A stretch of 51,498 bases of DNA from Planctomycetota bacterium (GTDB lineage: Bacteria; Planctomycetota; SZUA-567; H5-PLA8). A program made the translations under genes and the position numbers. Positions 1-8,997 of the stretch are shown in pieces (the stretch's first letter is position 1; each line of letters opens with the position of its first letter). Under the pieces are notes generated by a model, which saw only the letters and a list, made by a program, of their open reading frames with translations, searched no databases and was not told the origin of the DNA. The DNA lies in NCBI GenBank assembly GCA_026692735.1, contig JAPLOD010000717.1:2794-54291 (forward strand), in the 5' to 3' direction.

Positions 1-764
1 TTGTTGGCGACGGCATGGTAGATCCCAATGGCCTCCATGAGCTTGCCGTCGGTCTCCAGGCCCTCAGCCTGAGCCATCTCAACGTAGCCGGCGACCTCCG
101 GCTTGCTCTTGAGCGTGATCAGGCGCCGGAGCGCGACTTCCCGCGTCTTGGTCAGCGCGAACTCTTTGTTGACCAGCGAGAGCTCCTCGACCTCCTTGAC
201 GTACTCGCGTTTGAAGTCGCAATCCTCGGCGGCCTTCAGATGCGTCTTCGCCAGGTCTTCCATTTCCACAAGGCGGCCCCGCGAGGTCTCCACCATTTCT
301 TCCGAGCCTGGTACTGTGGCGCCGGAAACGGAGCTGTACAGAGCGCCCGCCTCGCCGAACTTCTGGTTCTTCCAGGAGTCTTCGGCCTTGGCGAACTGCT
401 CTTTGACCGCGCCCAGATTGTCCAGGACAATCTGTTTGTAGTTGGCGTCGTTCTGCTTCTTCTCCAGCGCCGTGTTGGTTTGCGTCATCTTATCGCGGAG
501 TGCCTTCTTCTGCTCAGGGGTCAGGGCGCGCTGAGCGTCGCTTAACAGTTCGGCCCTGGCGCGGTCGGCCTTAAGGCGGTCGTCGAGTTCCTTCGCCTTG
601 GCCCTCGCCGGATCCTCTTCGCCCCAGACGCGGCTCGACAGAAAACCGGCCAACAGTGCCAACACGGCCAGCCAGAGCGCCATATGCAGCGTAGCCCGGT
701 CACAGGCGACGGCTTGAGGTCGAGACGCCGCGACCACAGCGAGAGGACGCCGGAAATTTTCCAT
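1..764 (-). CDS. Exported alpha-helical (TPR-like/coiled-coil) hypothetical protein, 3' end outside window
   Basis: Manual translation from ATG at 764 (GGGGGTGA RBS-like upstream) gives MENFRRPLAV...ALWLAVLALLAGFLSSRVWGEEDPARAKAKELDDRLK..., open to the window edge. Hydrophobic signal-like segment, then Lys/Glu-rich helices. Absent from the ORF track because there is no stop in the window. Confidence 0.8.
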   Translation of the reverse strand, partial: MENFRRPLAVVAASRPQAVACDRATLHMALWLAVLALLAGFLSSRVWGEEDPARAKAKELDDRLKADRARAELLSDAQRALTPEQKKALRDKMTQTNTALEKKQNDANYKQIVLDNLGAVKEQFAKAEDSWKNQKFGEAGALYSSVSGATVPGSEEMVETSRGRLVEMEDLAKTHLKAAEDCDFKREYVKEVEELSLVNKEFALTKTREVALRRLITLKSKPEVAGYVEMAQAEGLETDGKLMEAIGIYHAVAN

Positions 765-847
765 TCGAGTCACCCCCTGGAAAGGTGTGGTTAAACTGCA
801 CCTTAACCTTGTGACGAGCGAGCTCCTTTATTTGCTGCAAGAAAACT

Positions 848-2530
848 CTAAATCATTATTCGGATGACAGTTGCATGTGTTCCACCGCTCTCTGTATCGC
901 CCTTCTGGCAGAAAGTCAAGGGCGGCGTTCGGCGCGCCAGCAGGCTCCCGCCCAACACCAGCAGGAACACGACTCCCATCCCGAGGTCGCCAAGCCACAG
1001 CGCCACCGTGTGGGGCGATCCGGCGGATCGCGCCGCTTCGTCGGCAGCGATTCGCTGCAGGCGCACACAGGCTGTCCCGACCGTCTCCGCGGGGATGAGC
1101 GTCTCGATTCGCCCCAAGGGGTCAACGGCCACAGTTCTCCCCGTATTGGTCACGCGCAGCAGGGGCCGGCGCACTTCGATGGCGCGCCACGCCGCGGCCA
1201 CCATGTGCGACCGGGGACCGAACGTGTGGTAGAACCAGCCGTCGTTGGTCAGGTTGACCAGCGTGTCGGCGCCGGCCAGCACGGCTTCACGGGCAAGGTC
1301 CGGGTGGATGTCCTCGACGCAGATATTGACCGCAATCCGGTAGCCGGTCGTGCCCGGTGCGGCCGTCTGCGGAACGGTACACACAGGCGACGGCGCAGCT
1401 CCGGGCGCGTACTGATCGCGCGTGATCGAACGGAGGCACTTGAGCACCGGGAAGCGCTCCGCCAGCGGAATGTACTCGCCGAACGGCACCAGGCGCCGCT
1501 TGAAGTAGCGCAGAAGCTCATTGCCGCCGCCATCGAACAGATACGCCGCATTGTAGCAGCGCGGCTCCGCTCCCGGCACGGCGGCATCAGCGAACACCCA
1601 GAGATTCGACCCCGCCAGCGTCGGCACTCCGCTCGCCGCTACTTCCCGCTTGAACGCGGCGCCCCACTCGTCCACGTTCAATGAGCCTGGCACCATGGTC
1701 TCAGCCCAGCAGACCAGCGCCGGCGGATCACCCGTTGCTTGCCTGGCGGCGGCGATAACCTGGCGGTGCAGTTCCAGGTGTCCGCGCAACTGGGCGCCCA
1801 GTTCCTCATCGCTGCGGCCCAGCTTCTGCGCGATGTCCCCCTGGATAACGCCGATGAGCGGACCGGCTTGCAGCCGCGGTCTGAGCGCCGAGATGCGGGC
1901 TGCGCCATACACGAAGGCCGACAGCAGCAAGGCTGCGGTCAGGACGCTCACCGGCCAGGGGCGCTTGCGGTCCGCGTGCGGCACCGCCTGCCAGCGTTGC
2001 GGCAGCCACGCCGGCAGAGCGAACGCCAGCCAGGCATTCACGGCAGCGATGAGGAAGCTCAGCCCGTACACGCCGAGGAGGTCCGCGCCTTGCCGGAGGT
2101 GCTCGGCGTGCAGCAGCGTGTGCCCCAGCAGCAACCACGGGAAGCCTAGAATGGGAACCGTGGCGCGCAGCAGCTCGACCAGCGCCCAGACAGCCGCTGT
2201 GCCGAACACCGCAGGGACAACCCCGCAGCGCGCCAGGCGCCGGACAGCCAGCAGCGCCCCAACGTAGAACAGGGAAGTGTAGATCGCCAATGCCACCGTG
2301 CCCGGCGCGGTCAGGTGCCACAGGAACGTGAACGAGGGAACGGTCCAGGCGAGCGCGAAGACAAAAGCGCACAGCACGGCGCAGCGCGTTTTCTCGAGGC
2401 GCGCCGTCAGCCAAAACATCGGCGCAAGTGCAACCCAGGCCGGCAGCGAACCATCGTAGCTGCGAAAGGGCAGCATGAGGGCGAGGCCGCACATGGCAGA
2501 GAGAAGCAAGGGCGCCAGCTTACAGGCCAT
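848..2530 (-). CDS. lnt: Apolipoprotein N-acyltransferase
   Basis: Multiple N-terminal TM helices with GFPW..LGH; nitrilase-fold triad motifs WAET (E), YFKRRLVPFGEY (K), ICVED (C); also NDGWF, RAIE.RR and NTG. Confidence 0.95.
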   Translation of the reverse strand: MACKLAPLLLSAMCGLALMLPFRSYDGSLPAWVALAPMFWLTARLEKTRCAVLCAFVFALAWTVPSFTFLWHLTAPGTVALAIYTSLFYVGALLAVRRLARCGVVPAVFGTAAVWALVELLRATVPILGFPWLLLGHTLLHAEHLRQGADLLGVYGLSFLIAAVNAWLAFALPAWLPQRWQAVPHADRKRPWPVSVLTAALLLSAFVYGAARISALRPRLQAGPLIGVIQGDIAQKLGRSDEELGAQLRGHLELHRQVIAAARQATGDPPALVCWAETMVPGSLNVDEWGAAFKREVAASGVPTLAGSNLWVFADAAVPGAEPRCYNAAYLFDGGGNELLRYFKRRLVPFGEYIPLAERFPVLKCLRSITRDQYAPGAAPSPVCTVPQTAAPGTTGYRIAVNICVEDIHPDLAREAVLAGADTLVNLTNDGWFYHTFGPRSHMVAAAWRAIEVRRPLLRVTNTGRTVAVDPLGRIETLIPAETVGTACVRLQRIAADEAARSAGSPHTVALWLGDLGMGVVFLLVLGGSLLARRTPPLTFCQKGDTESGGTHATVIRIMI

Positions 2531-2789
2531 CGTGCGGATTCCAGCGTTTCGGACTTTGGACCACCTTTTGCTGCCTCTGCATCGAGCTTACCGGGCGCAT
2601 GTGCAATTTGCCATGACAGGTACTCGTTCGGCCAACGCATCGCGAGGTTAACTTTCGTGGTCGCCGAAAGATGCGATGAAAAACGGAAAATGCGGAATTT
2701 TGTGGGAACATTTCTTGCACACGTGCGTCTACATACCGGGAAGAGGAGAGATGAGCGGCGCAAGACGGTCGCGATTGAGGGGTGGGGCC

Positions 2790-3023
2790 ATGAGTATCAT
2801 CACTTACTGCGATACCTGCGGTGTTCTGGTGCGCTACGCGGAACTGGACGGGCGGATCCAGTGCCCGGATTGCAGGGCCGGCCGTCAGCCTGGGCGTCGT
2901 GCGAGCCGCGATAGCGGCCGGATTCCCTATAGCCAGAGGCCGTCATCCGGCACCGTCCTCGCGGCCATCCGAGCTACCGTCGCGCAGACTCCGCAACCCG
3001 TTGCGGCGCCCTGCTCGATGTAA
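2790..3023 (+). CDS. Small zinc-ribbon protein (77 aa)
   Basis: ATG at 2790 after GAGGGGTGG; YCDTCG...CPDC zinc knuckles followed by a low-complexity Arg/Ser tail. Confidence 0.65.
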   Translation: MSIITYCDTCGVLVRYAELDGRIQCPDCRAGRQPGRRASRDSGRIPYSQRPSSGTVLAAIRATVAQTPQPVAAPCSM

Positions 3024-3199
3024 CGGTCTTCGACGAACCGAGCGCCCGGGAGGTTGCGACGGGGGCTCAAGCGCAGGAAGCACGCCGACCGATAGCCCAG
3101 AACCTGTAACGTCGCCTCCTTATCTCCTTAAAACACTTGACCACTGCCCTGCGGCAGTAGAATCACGTCTGCGGCGGATATGGCCGGGAGGAGTACCCC

Positions 3200-4126
3200 A
3201 TGGCGATTGTCGTTTCCTGCCAATGCGGTCGGAAGTTCCAGACCAAGGACGAGTATGCCGGGCGGCAAGCACGGTGTCCGGCGTGCGGCAAGGTCCTCAT
3301 GATCCCCGAGTCCGACGTCGAGGTGATGACCGGTGACGAACCCGCGGAGTCCGGGGAGGACGAGGGTGGCGCGTACGAACAGGAGGCCGCTCCAGCACCG
3401 AGGCGCCGCCAGCGCGAGCAACCGAAGCTGCTCAGCAAGGGCAACCTGATCGCGGCCGGCTCGCTGCTCCTCATGGTAGCGATAGCCAGCAGCGTGTATC
3501 TTGTCACGCGGCACGAAGAACCGACCGCGCCGCCTCCTGGTCTGCCGTCCGGCCCGATCTCTGATCCCACGCCGCAGAAGCAGAACACGCCCCCGCCGGA
3601 AGCCCGACCACTTTCGCTGCCGCCGCCTCCCACCGGCGACATGGATGACGTCGAACGGTACATCCAGTGGGCCATTCAGACCAAGGACTCCGCGCTCAAA
3701 GCCAACGCTCTGGCCTTCAAACCCGACGATCCGCGCCTGCAGTTCGACTCCATCTGGCGCAAGCCGAGCCCGGCGCAGCAGGCGGCCTTCAAGGCGAAGA
3801 CCGCCATGCTCGCCGGCGTCGTGGACCTGGAGCTCGGCCCCAAGCCCGCTCCCGCAACCGACGCGATCGAGGCGCGCATGCTCATGGACCCGGACCTCGT
3901 GGGCAGTGCTATCTGCGTCAACACCATCGGCGGAAGGTCCATACTCTACGTCTTCGTGGACCCGTGCAATGCCACGATAGCCGACGTGGTCAAGAAGTAC
4001 GGCGCGGCAGCGGCGCCCCCCATGCCCTCCGGGGATAGCAAGATCCACTTCTACGGTCGCGTGGCGGTCGTTGAGGGCGAGGGCGGCAAGGTCCTCTTCA
4101 TCGCGCGAAGGCATCCGAAGGACTAG
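3200..4126 (+). CDS. Zinc-ribbon membrane protein (N-terminal CxC...CPxCG, one TM, Pro-rich linker, C-terminal domain)
   Basis: GGAGGAG RBS; MAIVVSCQCGRKFQTKDEYAGRQARCPACG is the zinc-ribbon start common in planctomycete proteins; TM LIAAGSLLLMVAIASSVYLV. Confidence 0.85.
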   Translation: MAIVVSCQCGRKFQTKDEYAGRQARCPACGKVLMIPESDVEVMTGDEPAESGEDEGGAYEQEAAPAPRRRQREQPKLLSKGNLIAAGSLLLMVAIASSVYLVTRHEEPTAPPPGLPSGPISDPTPQKQNTPPPEARPLSLPPPPTGDMDDVERYIQWAIQTKDSALKANALAFKPDDPRLQFDSIWRKPSPAQQAAFKAKTAMLAGVVDLELGPKPAPATDAIEARMLMDPDLVGSAICVNTIGGRSILYVFVDPCNATIADVVKKYGAAAAPPMPSGDSKIHFYGRVAVVEGEGGKVLFIARRHPKD

Positions 4127-4186
4127 CCGGGAGTGTGCTGCGGGCTGCCGCAGGCTGCCCGTCCAGTGTAGGGGGGAGAGTGTACT

Positions 4187-4453
4187 ATGGCCGATCCGGC
4201 TCCGACGACGCCCCAGCAGCCCATTGCGCCGCAGGAACTCAAGCGCGCCCTCAAGGCCTTCAAGAAGCGCCTCGAAGTCCTGCGCCTTGACAAGGAGTCC
4301 CGCCAGATCGCCGGCCCGCTGAGCAAGGGCACGCAGTCCGGCATCGTGGCCATCACGCCGCCCCGCCAGTTCCCCCAGGAAGTCTGGGACGAACTGGCCA
4401 AGCTCGGCCGCCTTAGATACGCCGGCGACGGCCTCTACGAACTCCCCACCTAG
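4187..4453 (+). CDS. Conserved small hypothetical protein (88 aa)
   Basis: GGGGGAGAG RBS; host-like codon use; ELKRALKAFKKRL...GIVAITPP..FP.EVWDEL...G.LRY.G.GLYEL recalled as a planctomycete-type small protein. Confidence 0.85.
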   Translation: MADPAPTTPQQPIAPQELKRALKAFKKRLEVLRLDKESRQIAGPLSKGTQSGIVAITPPRQFPQEVWDELAKLGRLRYAGDGLYELPT

Positions 4454-4476
4454 CCAGCCTCTTCGCAGCTCTTCCC

Positions 4477-4639
4477 GTGTCCAGAACTGCACGGTGCGCA
4501 GCGCGCCTACCATCCAGCCGCTTTCTCGTGTCCAAGACTGCACCTTGTGTGAAGACTTCGCCGCCGCGACCCTCTGCCGCTTGGCCCCCTACCCCCCAAC
4601 CCCGCACGGTCGGGCCTGCGTCTTTGTCCAGAACTGCAC
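4477..4639 (+). repeat. Three dispersed copies of a 15-16-bp motif (TGTCCAGAACTGCAC)
   Basis: GTGTCCAGAACTGCAC at 4477-4492, GTGTCCAAGACTGCAC at 4528-4543, TGTCCAGAACTGCAC at 4625-4639. Confidence 0.8.
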
Positions 4640-4891
4640 TAGGTGCATATCATATATCGTTTCTTGGCGTGGCCAGCCAGGACGGCATGGGTGCCGCAGG
4701 CACAAGAAGCCGCTCCCATGGGCCTTGCGCGGGGTGTCACTCGGCGCTATCTTCCTGCACATGCTCCTGTGGTGTAAGCAGAAGCGAGGGGCGGGCACCA
4801 ATTTCACAGACCTCGGTCAAGTCGGAAACTACTGCCGGTCCCTAGTGCTCGATACGTCGGGGGAATACGGCGGGTGAAAGGACTTTGACTT

Positions 4892-5758
4892 GTGAGTAAG
4901 GCCCCCTCCGCAAAACATCTGCGAGGCGCCATTCTCCGGTCTCTGCGGAAGCAGGGATACTCGGTGAAGCGCGGCCTTATTCGCATGCCTAGGAACCCGT
5001 CGAAGGACGACTATCGTGCTCTGAATGCGATGGCCGTCAGGAAGAAGCACGAGAAGTGTGGACCGGGCGTGCAACCTTATGAGGACGACCTCCTCACGAA
5101 GTACATCGCCAACGGGTGGGATGTGGAGCCACGGGGGATCACCCCAAAACTCGTTCTCGTCCAACGGGAATCCGAACATGAACGGCTGTTCCGTTACGCA
5201 TGTCTCCATTGGAGCATCCCCGTCTCCGCCGGATACGGGAGAAGGCTGCGGTTCCTCGTGCTCGACGAGAGCAACGGCAAACTGATTGGCCTCTTTGGGC
5301 TGGGCGACCCGGTCTATGCCATGCAGGCGCGTGACCAGTGGATCGGCTGGAATAAAGAGGCCAAGGCCAACCGCCTTTACCACGTCATGGACGCCTATGT
5401 CCTCGGTGCAGTTCCCCCCTATTCGTTCCTGCTGGGTGGAAAACTTGTGGCGATGATGGTCTGCAGCAACGAGGTCAGGAACGCCTTCCACCGGAAATAC
5501 GACGGGCACGAGTCGCTCATCAGGAAGGAGACACGGCCGCCGCATCTGGTGTTGGTAACGACGACCTCTGCGCTCGGACGCTCCTCCATCTACAATCGAA
5601 TCCGCGTGAACGGCCAGCAGTACTGGACCAGCGTTGGTTTCACGCAGGGGTCGGGTGATTTCCAGTTTTCCAACGGCGTGTACGACCAGATTCGAGCGTA
5701 CGTGGAGAGACACTGCGAGCCGACGGCAATACATGAGTATCGGCGAGTCCGAAGTTGA
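4892..5758 (+). CDS. druA: DUF4338 / Druantia DruA-like protein, probably C-terminally truncated
   Basis: Motifs WSIPVSAGYGRRLRFLVLDESNGKLIGLFGLGDPV, RDQWIGW, MDAYVLGAVPPYSFLLGGKLVA and TTTSALGRSSIYNR match DUF4338/DruA. At 288 aa it is shorter than the ~400-aa reference DruA. GTG start. Confidence 0.8.
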   Translation: MSKAPSAKHLRGAILRSLRKQGYSVKRGLIRMPRNPSKDDYRALNAMAVRKKHEKCGPGVQPYEDDLLTKYIANGWDVEPRGITPKLVLVQRESEHERLFRYACLHWSIPVSAGYGRRLRFLVLDESNGKLIGLFGLGDPVYAMQARDQWIGWNKEAKANRLYHVMDAYVLGAVPPYSFLLGGKLVAMMVCSNEVRNAFHRKYDGHESLIRKETRPPHLVLVTTTSALGRSSIYNRIRVNGQQYWTSVGFTQGSGDFQFSNGVYDQIRAYVERHCEPTAIHEYRRVRS

Positions 5759-5792
5759 TGATGTTCCGCCGACTTGAAGGGAGTCGGATTCC

Positions 5793-6686
5793 ATGGACCT
5801 CTTGGCGTACTGGCGAATTGACAATTATCGACGGGACCTCGACGAAGGCGCAGGATTCCATTTCAACAGCAAACAACCCAGGCTGCATAGTGCCATTAAC
5901 ACTGGTCAAACGCTCTGGCTTTTTACGCGCATTGTCGGTGGCTCTGGTCTGTCTGAGTATCGCATTCTCGCCAAGCTCATCGTCTGCGCGAAAACCATTA
6001 ATCCCCCGTCCTATAAATACGGACCGTTCCGCGTCTGGGCGGACCTGAGCCTTTCGGAATACTACCGGGCCACGGTGGACCCGAAACACGACGCTTATGA
6101 ATTGCTCCGGCTGATTCCACTGGCCTCCGGCAGTTTCAGGGAATGTGATCGCACCAGCTTAGCTCGTGCCGCACAGTCCATCCGTGCGCTACACCCAAAA
6201 GCCTCGATCCTGTTGCAGGCTTTTTGCCAGCAGATTCCCATCGAGACTCGTGCTCACGCGGTGCTGGACGAGCGCCAACTCGAAACGGCGTACCAATCGA
6301 CGCAAGCAGAGTTGAAGTTGCTTCTCAAGGATGAGGCTCTGGCCTACTCGCCTGAGCGTCGTGCGGGACTACTCAGTTCCTACCCTCGCAACCGACAGCT
6401 CGTCGCGGATGTCAATCAACTCTATTGTGGCCGCTGCCAGCTCTGCGGTTTCGATAGCCCTACAATCTACGGCGTCGAGGCGGCCCAAGCTCACCACATC
6501 ATATACCGGTCGCGCGGCGGCCCAGACTCCTTGGAAAATCTTGTACTGGCGTGTCCCAACCACCACACGGTCATCCACCAGACTGAGGCGAAGTTCGACT
6601 ACGCCAGGCTCCATTTCATCTTCCCCAACGGCCGTGTGGAGCCCCTTTGCATCAACGAGCACCTGACGCCGGCATCCGCGACTTAG
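5793..6686 (+). CDS. HNH endonuclease with an uncharacterised N-terminal domain
   Basis: AAGGGAG RBS; C-terminal RN..LV...CQLCG...AHHI....GG.DSLENL...CPNHH..IH is a zinc-binding HNH motif. Confidence 0.9.
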   Translation: MDLLAYWRIDNYRRDLDEGAGFHFNSKQPRLHSAINTGQTLWLFTRIVGGSGLSEYRILAKLIVCAKTINPPSYKYGPFRVWADLSLSEYYRATVDPKHDAYELLRLIPLASGSFRECDRTSLARAAQSIRALHPKASILLQAFCQQIPIETRAHAVLDERQLETAYQSTQAELKLLLKDEALAYSPERRAGLLSSYPRNRQLVADVNQLYCGRCQLCGFDSPTIYGVEAAQAHHIIYRSRGGPDSLENLVLACPNHHTVIHQTEAKFDYARLHFIFPNGRVEPLCINEHLTPASAT

Positions 6687-6890
6687 CAGCTACATATTGG
6701 TCGTTTGAGCCCTTCCAAGCCTATGTCAGGCGTCCGTGGGTGGCACCGATAGCTCTGCTATCGGTGTCGCGCGCAGCGCGATTTCAACGCGGGCTGGCAC
6801 CGCGCCTGAACGCCACGCTCAGGCCGCCGTTGCTTTTCTGCGCCCGTGCGGATAGCATGTATCGGACAACGGGCGTACAGGAGGGAACCC

Positions 6891-7151
6891 ATGATTGACC
6901 CGAACACCATCACCAAAGGCCGCTACACGGCAACCTACAAAGGGTCCAGCAAGGATCTCGCGTTATACAAGAACGGCGTGTGGATCGTCGAAGTCTACAA
7001 GGAGGCCGGCTGCCTGAAGGTGCATACTATGTTCCCGGAGAACCCATCGCCCATTATTGCGGACGTACCTCTTGCTGACTTCATCGGCTCGCAGGACTGG
7101 ACGTTCCTCGACCGCCTCGCCGACAAGCCTTCTCGTCCCGTTCGTCAATGA
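6891..7151 (+). CDS. Small hypothetical protein (86 aa)
   Basis: Strong RBS CAGGAGGG before ATG at 6891; globular composition (MIDPNTITKGRYTATYKG...). Confidence 0.7.
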   Translation: MIDPNTITKGRYTATYKGSSKDLALYKNGVWIVEVYKEAGCLKVHTMFPENPSPIIADVPLADFIGSQDWTFLDRLADKPSRPVRQ

Positions 7152-7240
7152 CCCTCGCACGAGCGGCGTGTGCCGCTCCTCAACTTGAAACTTGAAACGT
7201 CGTAACCGTTCAGTCGTTTCGTCCTACGCGCCCCCCGCAC

Positions 7241-7296
<56 letters not shown>

Positions 7297-7346
7297 TCCT
7301 GTGTCTTGCATTTCCGCGCGGCGTGTCCGCAACAGCCGCCCCGCCG

Positions 7347-8909
7347 TCATTTCGCCACGCCCGCCCGGCTCTTCTCAGCGCGGTACATGACGGTCCGAGT
7401 GCTGCTGCGGGTCTCGTTGTTGAAGATGAGTGTCACCGGAATATCCACGGGCGTTGCGGGAAGCGTCGCGTCTCGTAGCCCGTGGTCTGCGAGCTTCGCC
7501 GCGAAGCTGCCGCGCAGGAGCTTGACGTCGAACGTGCCCAGTTGCACCTGCCCTTGCTTGCCCGGCCGCAGGACGAATGTGCCGGTGTTGCTCTTGGGCG
7601 TGGATCGTCCCTTGGCGTTGAGTGTGAAGGCGTGCACGACGCCGCCCACGTCAACGATCGCCGTCTGTCCGCCGGCGGCGAAGTCAACCGGCAGCGGCAC
7701 TGTGCCGCTCACGGCAATGCTGTCCGCGTTGCCCTTTGTGAAATTCAGCTTCACGGTCATAATCCCGACGGACAGCGCACCGGAAGGTGTCGCTTGCGGC
7801 TGGTTGAACGGCCGGCTGGCGGGGTCTTGAGGATCCGATCCGAGCGCCGCTTCGATCTGGTCCGGGAACCCGTCGCTATCCGAGTCGGCGAGCTGCGGGC
7901 TCCCTCCTCCCGCACTGGCGCCGATCAGTCCGGCTTCCTGCGCGAGCGTCGCCACGGCGGCCTTCACGACCTTGGTCGCAAAGCCGTAGTCGTAGTGTTT
8001 CCCGGCCGCCATGTCGCTGGCGTCTTGTGCGGTGTGGTTATACGAATTGGCCAGCCCCGCCTCGACCGCCGGATCTTCCGACGCCGTAAAGCCGGGGTAG
8101 CTCTTGGCCGTGAACCACTGCGGGTTGCTGGGGTCATTGGGGTAGGGGCTGTCGGCGTCCACCGCCAAATCGGGAACGAACTTCTTCGTGGCCGCGATGA
8201 ACGTGGTGGCCCAGTCGCGGCTGGGGCGGTAGTCTCCCGCCACGGACACGCCCATGACGAACGGCTCGCGCGGCATGTCGTCGTGGTAGGGATGCACGAT
8301 CATGTCGAGGTTGATGAAGCCGAGCACGTTCTGCTGCCCGAGCCTGACCACGTTCCGCACGTAGTCGGTGCTGCCCAGGAAGGCGCGCTGCTCGGCATTG
8401 AAGCACACGAAGCGGATGGTGCTCTCGAAGCTGTACTGGCTCAGTACCCGGGCGGCCTCCAGCACGCCGGCCGTGCCCGAGGCGTCGTCGTCGCCCCCGG
8501 GGATGCGCTGGTTGCCCGTGTCGTAATGCGCGCAGAGCACGTAGATCCTGTCGGGCGTGGTGGTGCCGGGCAGTTCCGCCGCCACGTTCAGGTACTGTCC
8601 CTGCACGGTGACGGCCAGTCCCATGGCCGTGAGCTTCTCTTCGAGGTACTTGCGGGCCTCCTGGTTGCCGGGCTCGCCCGAGGTCCCTGTCCAGGCGCGT
8701 CCGCGCTTCCCCTGGTCGTAGGCCGGACCGCCGTACGCCCCCACGCCCATGGATTCGATGGCGTGCTGATACGTCGTGTACTGCGCCTCCGACACCGTAT
8801 CCGTCACGGCCTGGATATCCGCGTCCGACGCCGCCGCGCTCGCCGCGGCAACTGCCAGAACCGGCACGAACAGCCGGTGCCATCGTCGTTCCCTTGGCCT
8901 GTCGGTCAT
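7347..8909 (-). CDS. Secreted M28-family metallopeptidase-like protein with a Ca-binding DxDxDG repeat and a beta-rich C-terminal domain
   Basis: Signal peptide (LFVPVLAVAAASAAASDA); M28 motifs AHYDT, GDDDASG, FNAEQ, INLDMI, NHTAQD; then DSDSDGFPDQIEAALGSDP and a ~140-aa beta-rich tail. Start placed at ATG 8909. Confidence 0.85.
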   Translation of the reverse strand: MTDRPRERRWHRLFVPVLAVAAASAAASDADIQAVTDTVSEAQYTTYQHAIESMGVGAYGGPAYDQGKRGRAWTGTSGEPGNQEARKYLEEKLTAMGLAVTVQGQYLNVAAELPGTTTPDRIYVLCAHYDTGNQRIPGGDDDASGTAGVLEAARVLSQYSFESTIRFVCFNAEQRAFLGSTDYVRNVVRLGQQNVLGFINLDMIVHPYHDDMPREPFVMGVSVAGDYRPSRDWATTFIAATKKFVPDLAVDADSPYPNDPSNPQWFTAKSYPGFTASEDPAVEAGLANSYNHTAQDASDMAAGKHYDYGFATKVVKAAVATLAQEAGLIGASAGGGSPQLADSDSDGFPDQIEAALGSDPQDPASRPFNQPQATPSGALSVGIMTVKLNFTKGNADSIAVSGTVPLPVDFAAGGQTAIVDVGGVVHAFTLNAKGRSTPKSNTGTFVLRPGKQGQVQLGTFDVKLLRGSFAAKLADHGLRDATLPATPVDIPVTLIFNNETRSSTRTVMYRAEKSRAGVAK

Positions 8910-8997
8910 CGTGAGCGCCCTTCCCCTTCCCCGTAGTATCGGCCATCCGGATTGTGCGGCTGGCAGACCGCTCTCCAGCCTGTCACGGCAACCCCGC

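Noticed and set aside
4892-6686. Complete Druantia system
   Set aside because: No DruE helicase or DruB-D, and the DruA-like gene looks truncated.
6770-6835. Integron attC site
   Set aside because: Only a weak GAACGCC..GCTCAG resemblance; no clear paired R boxes and no integrase.
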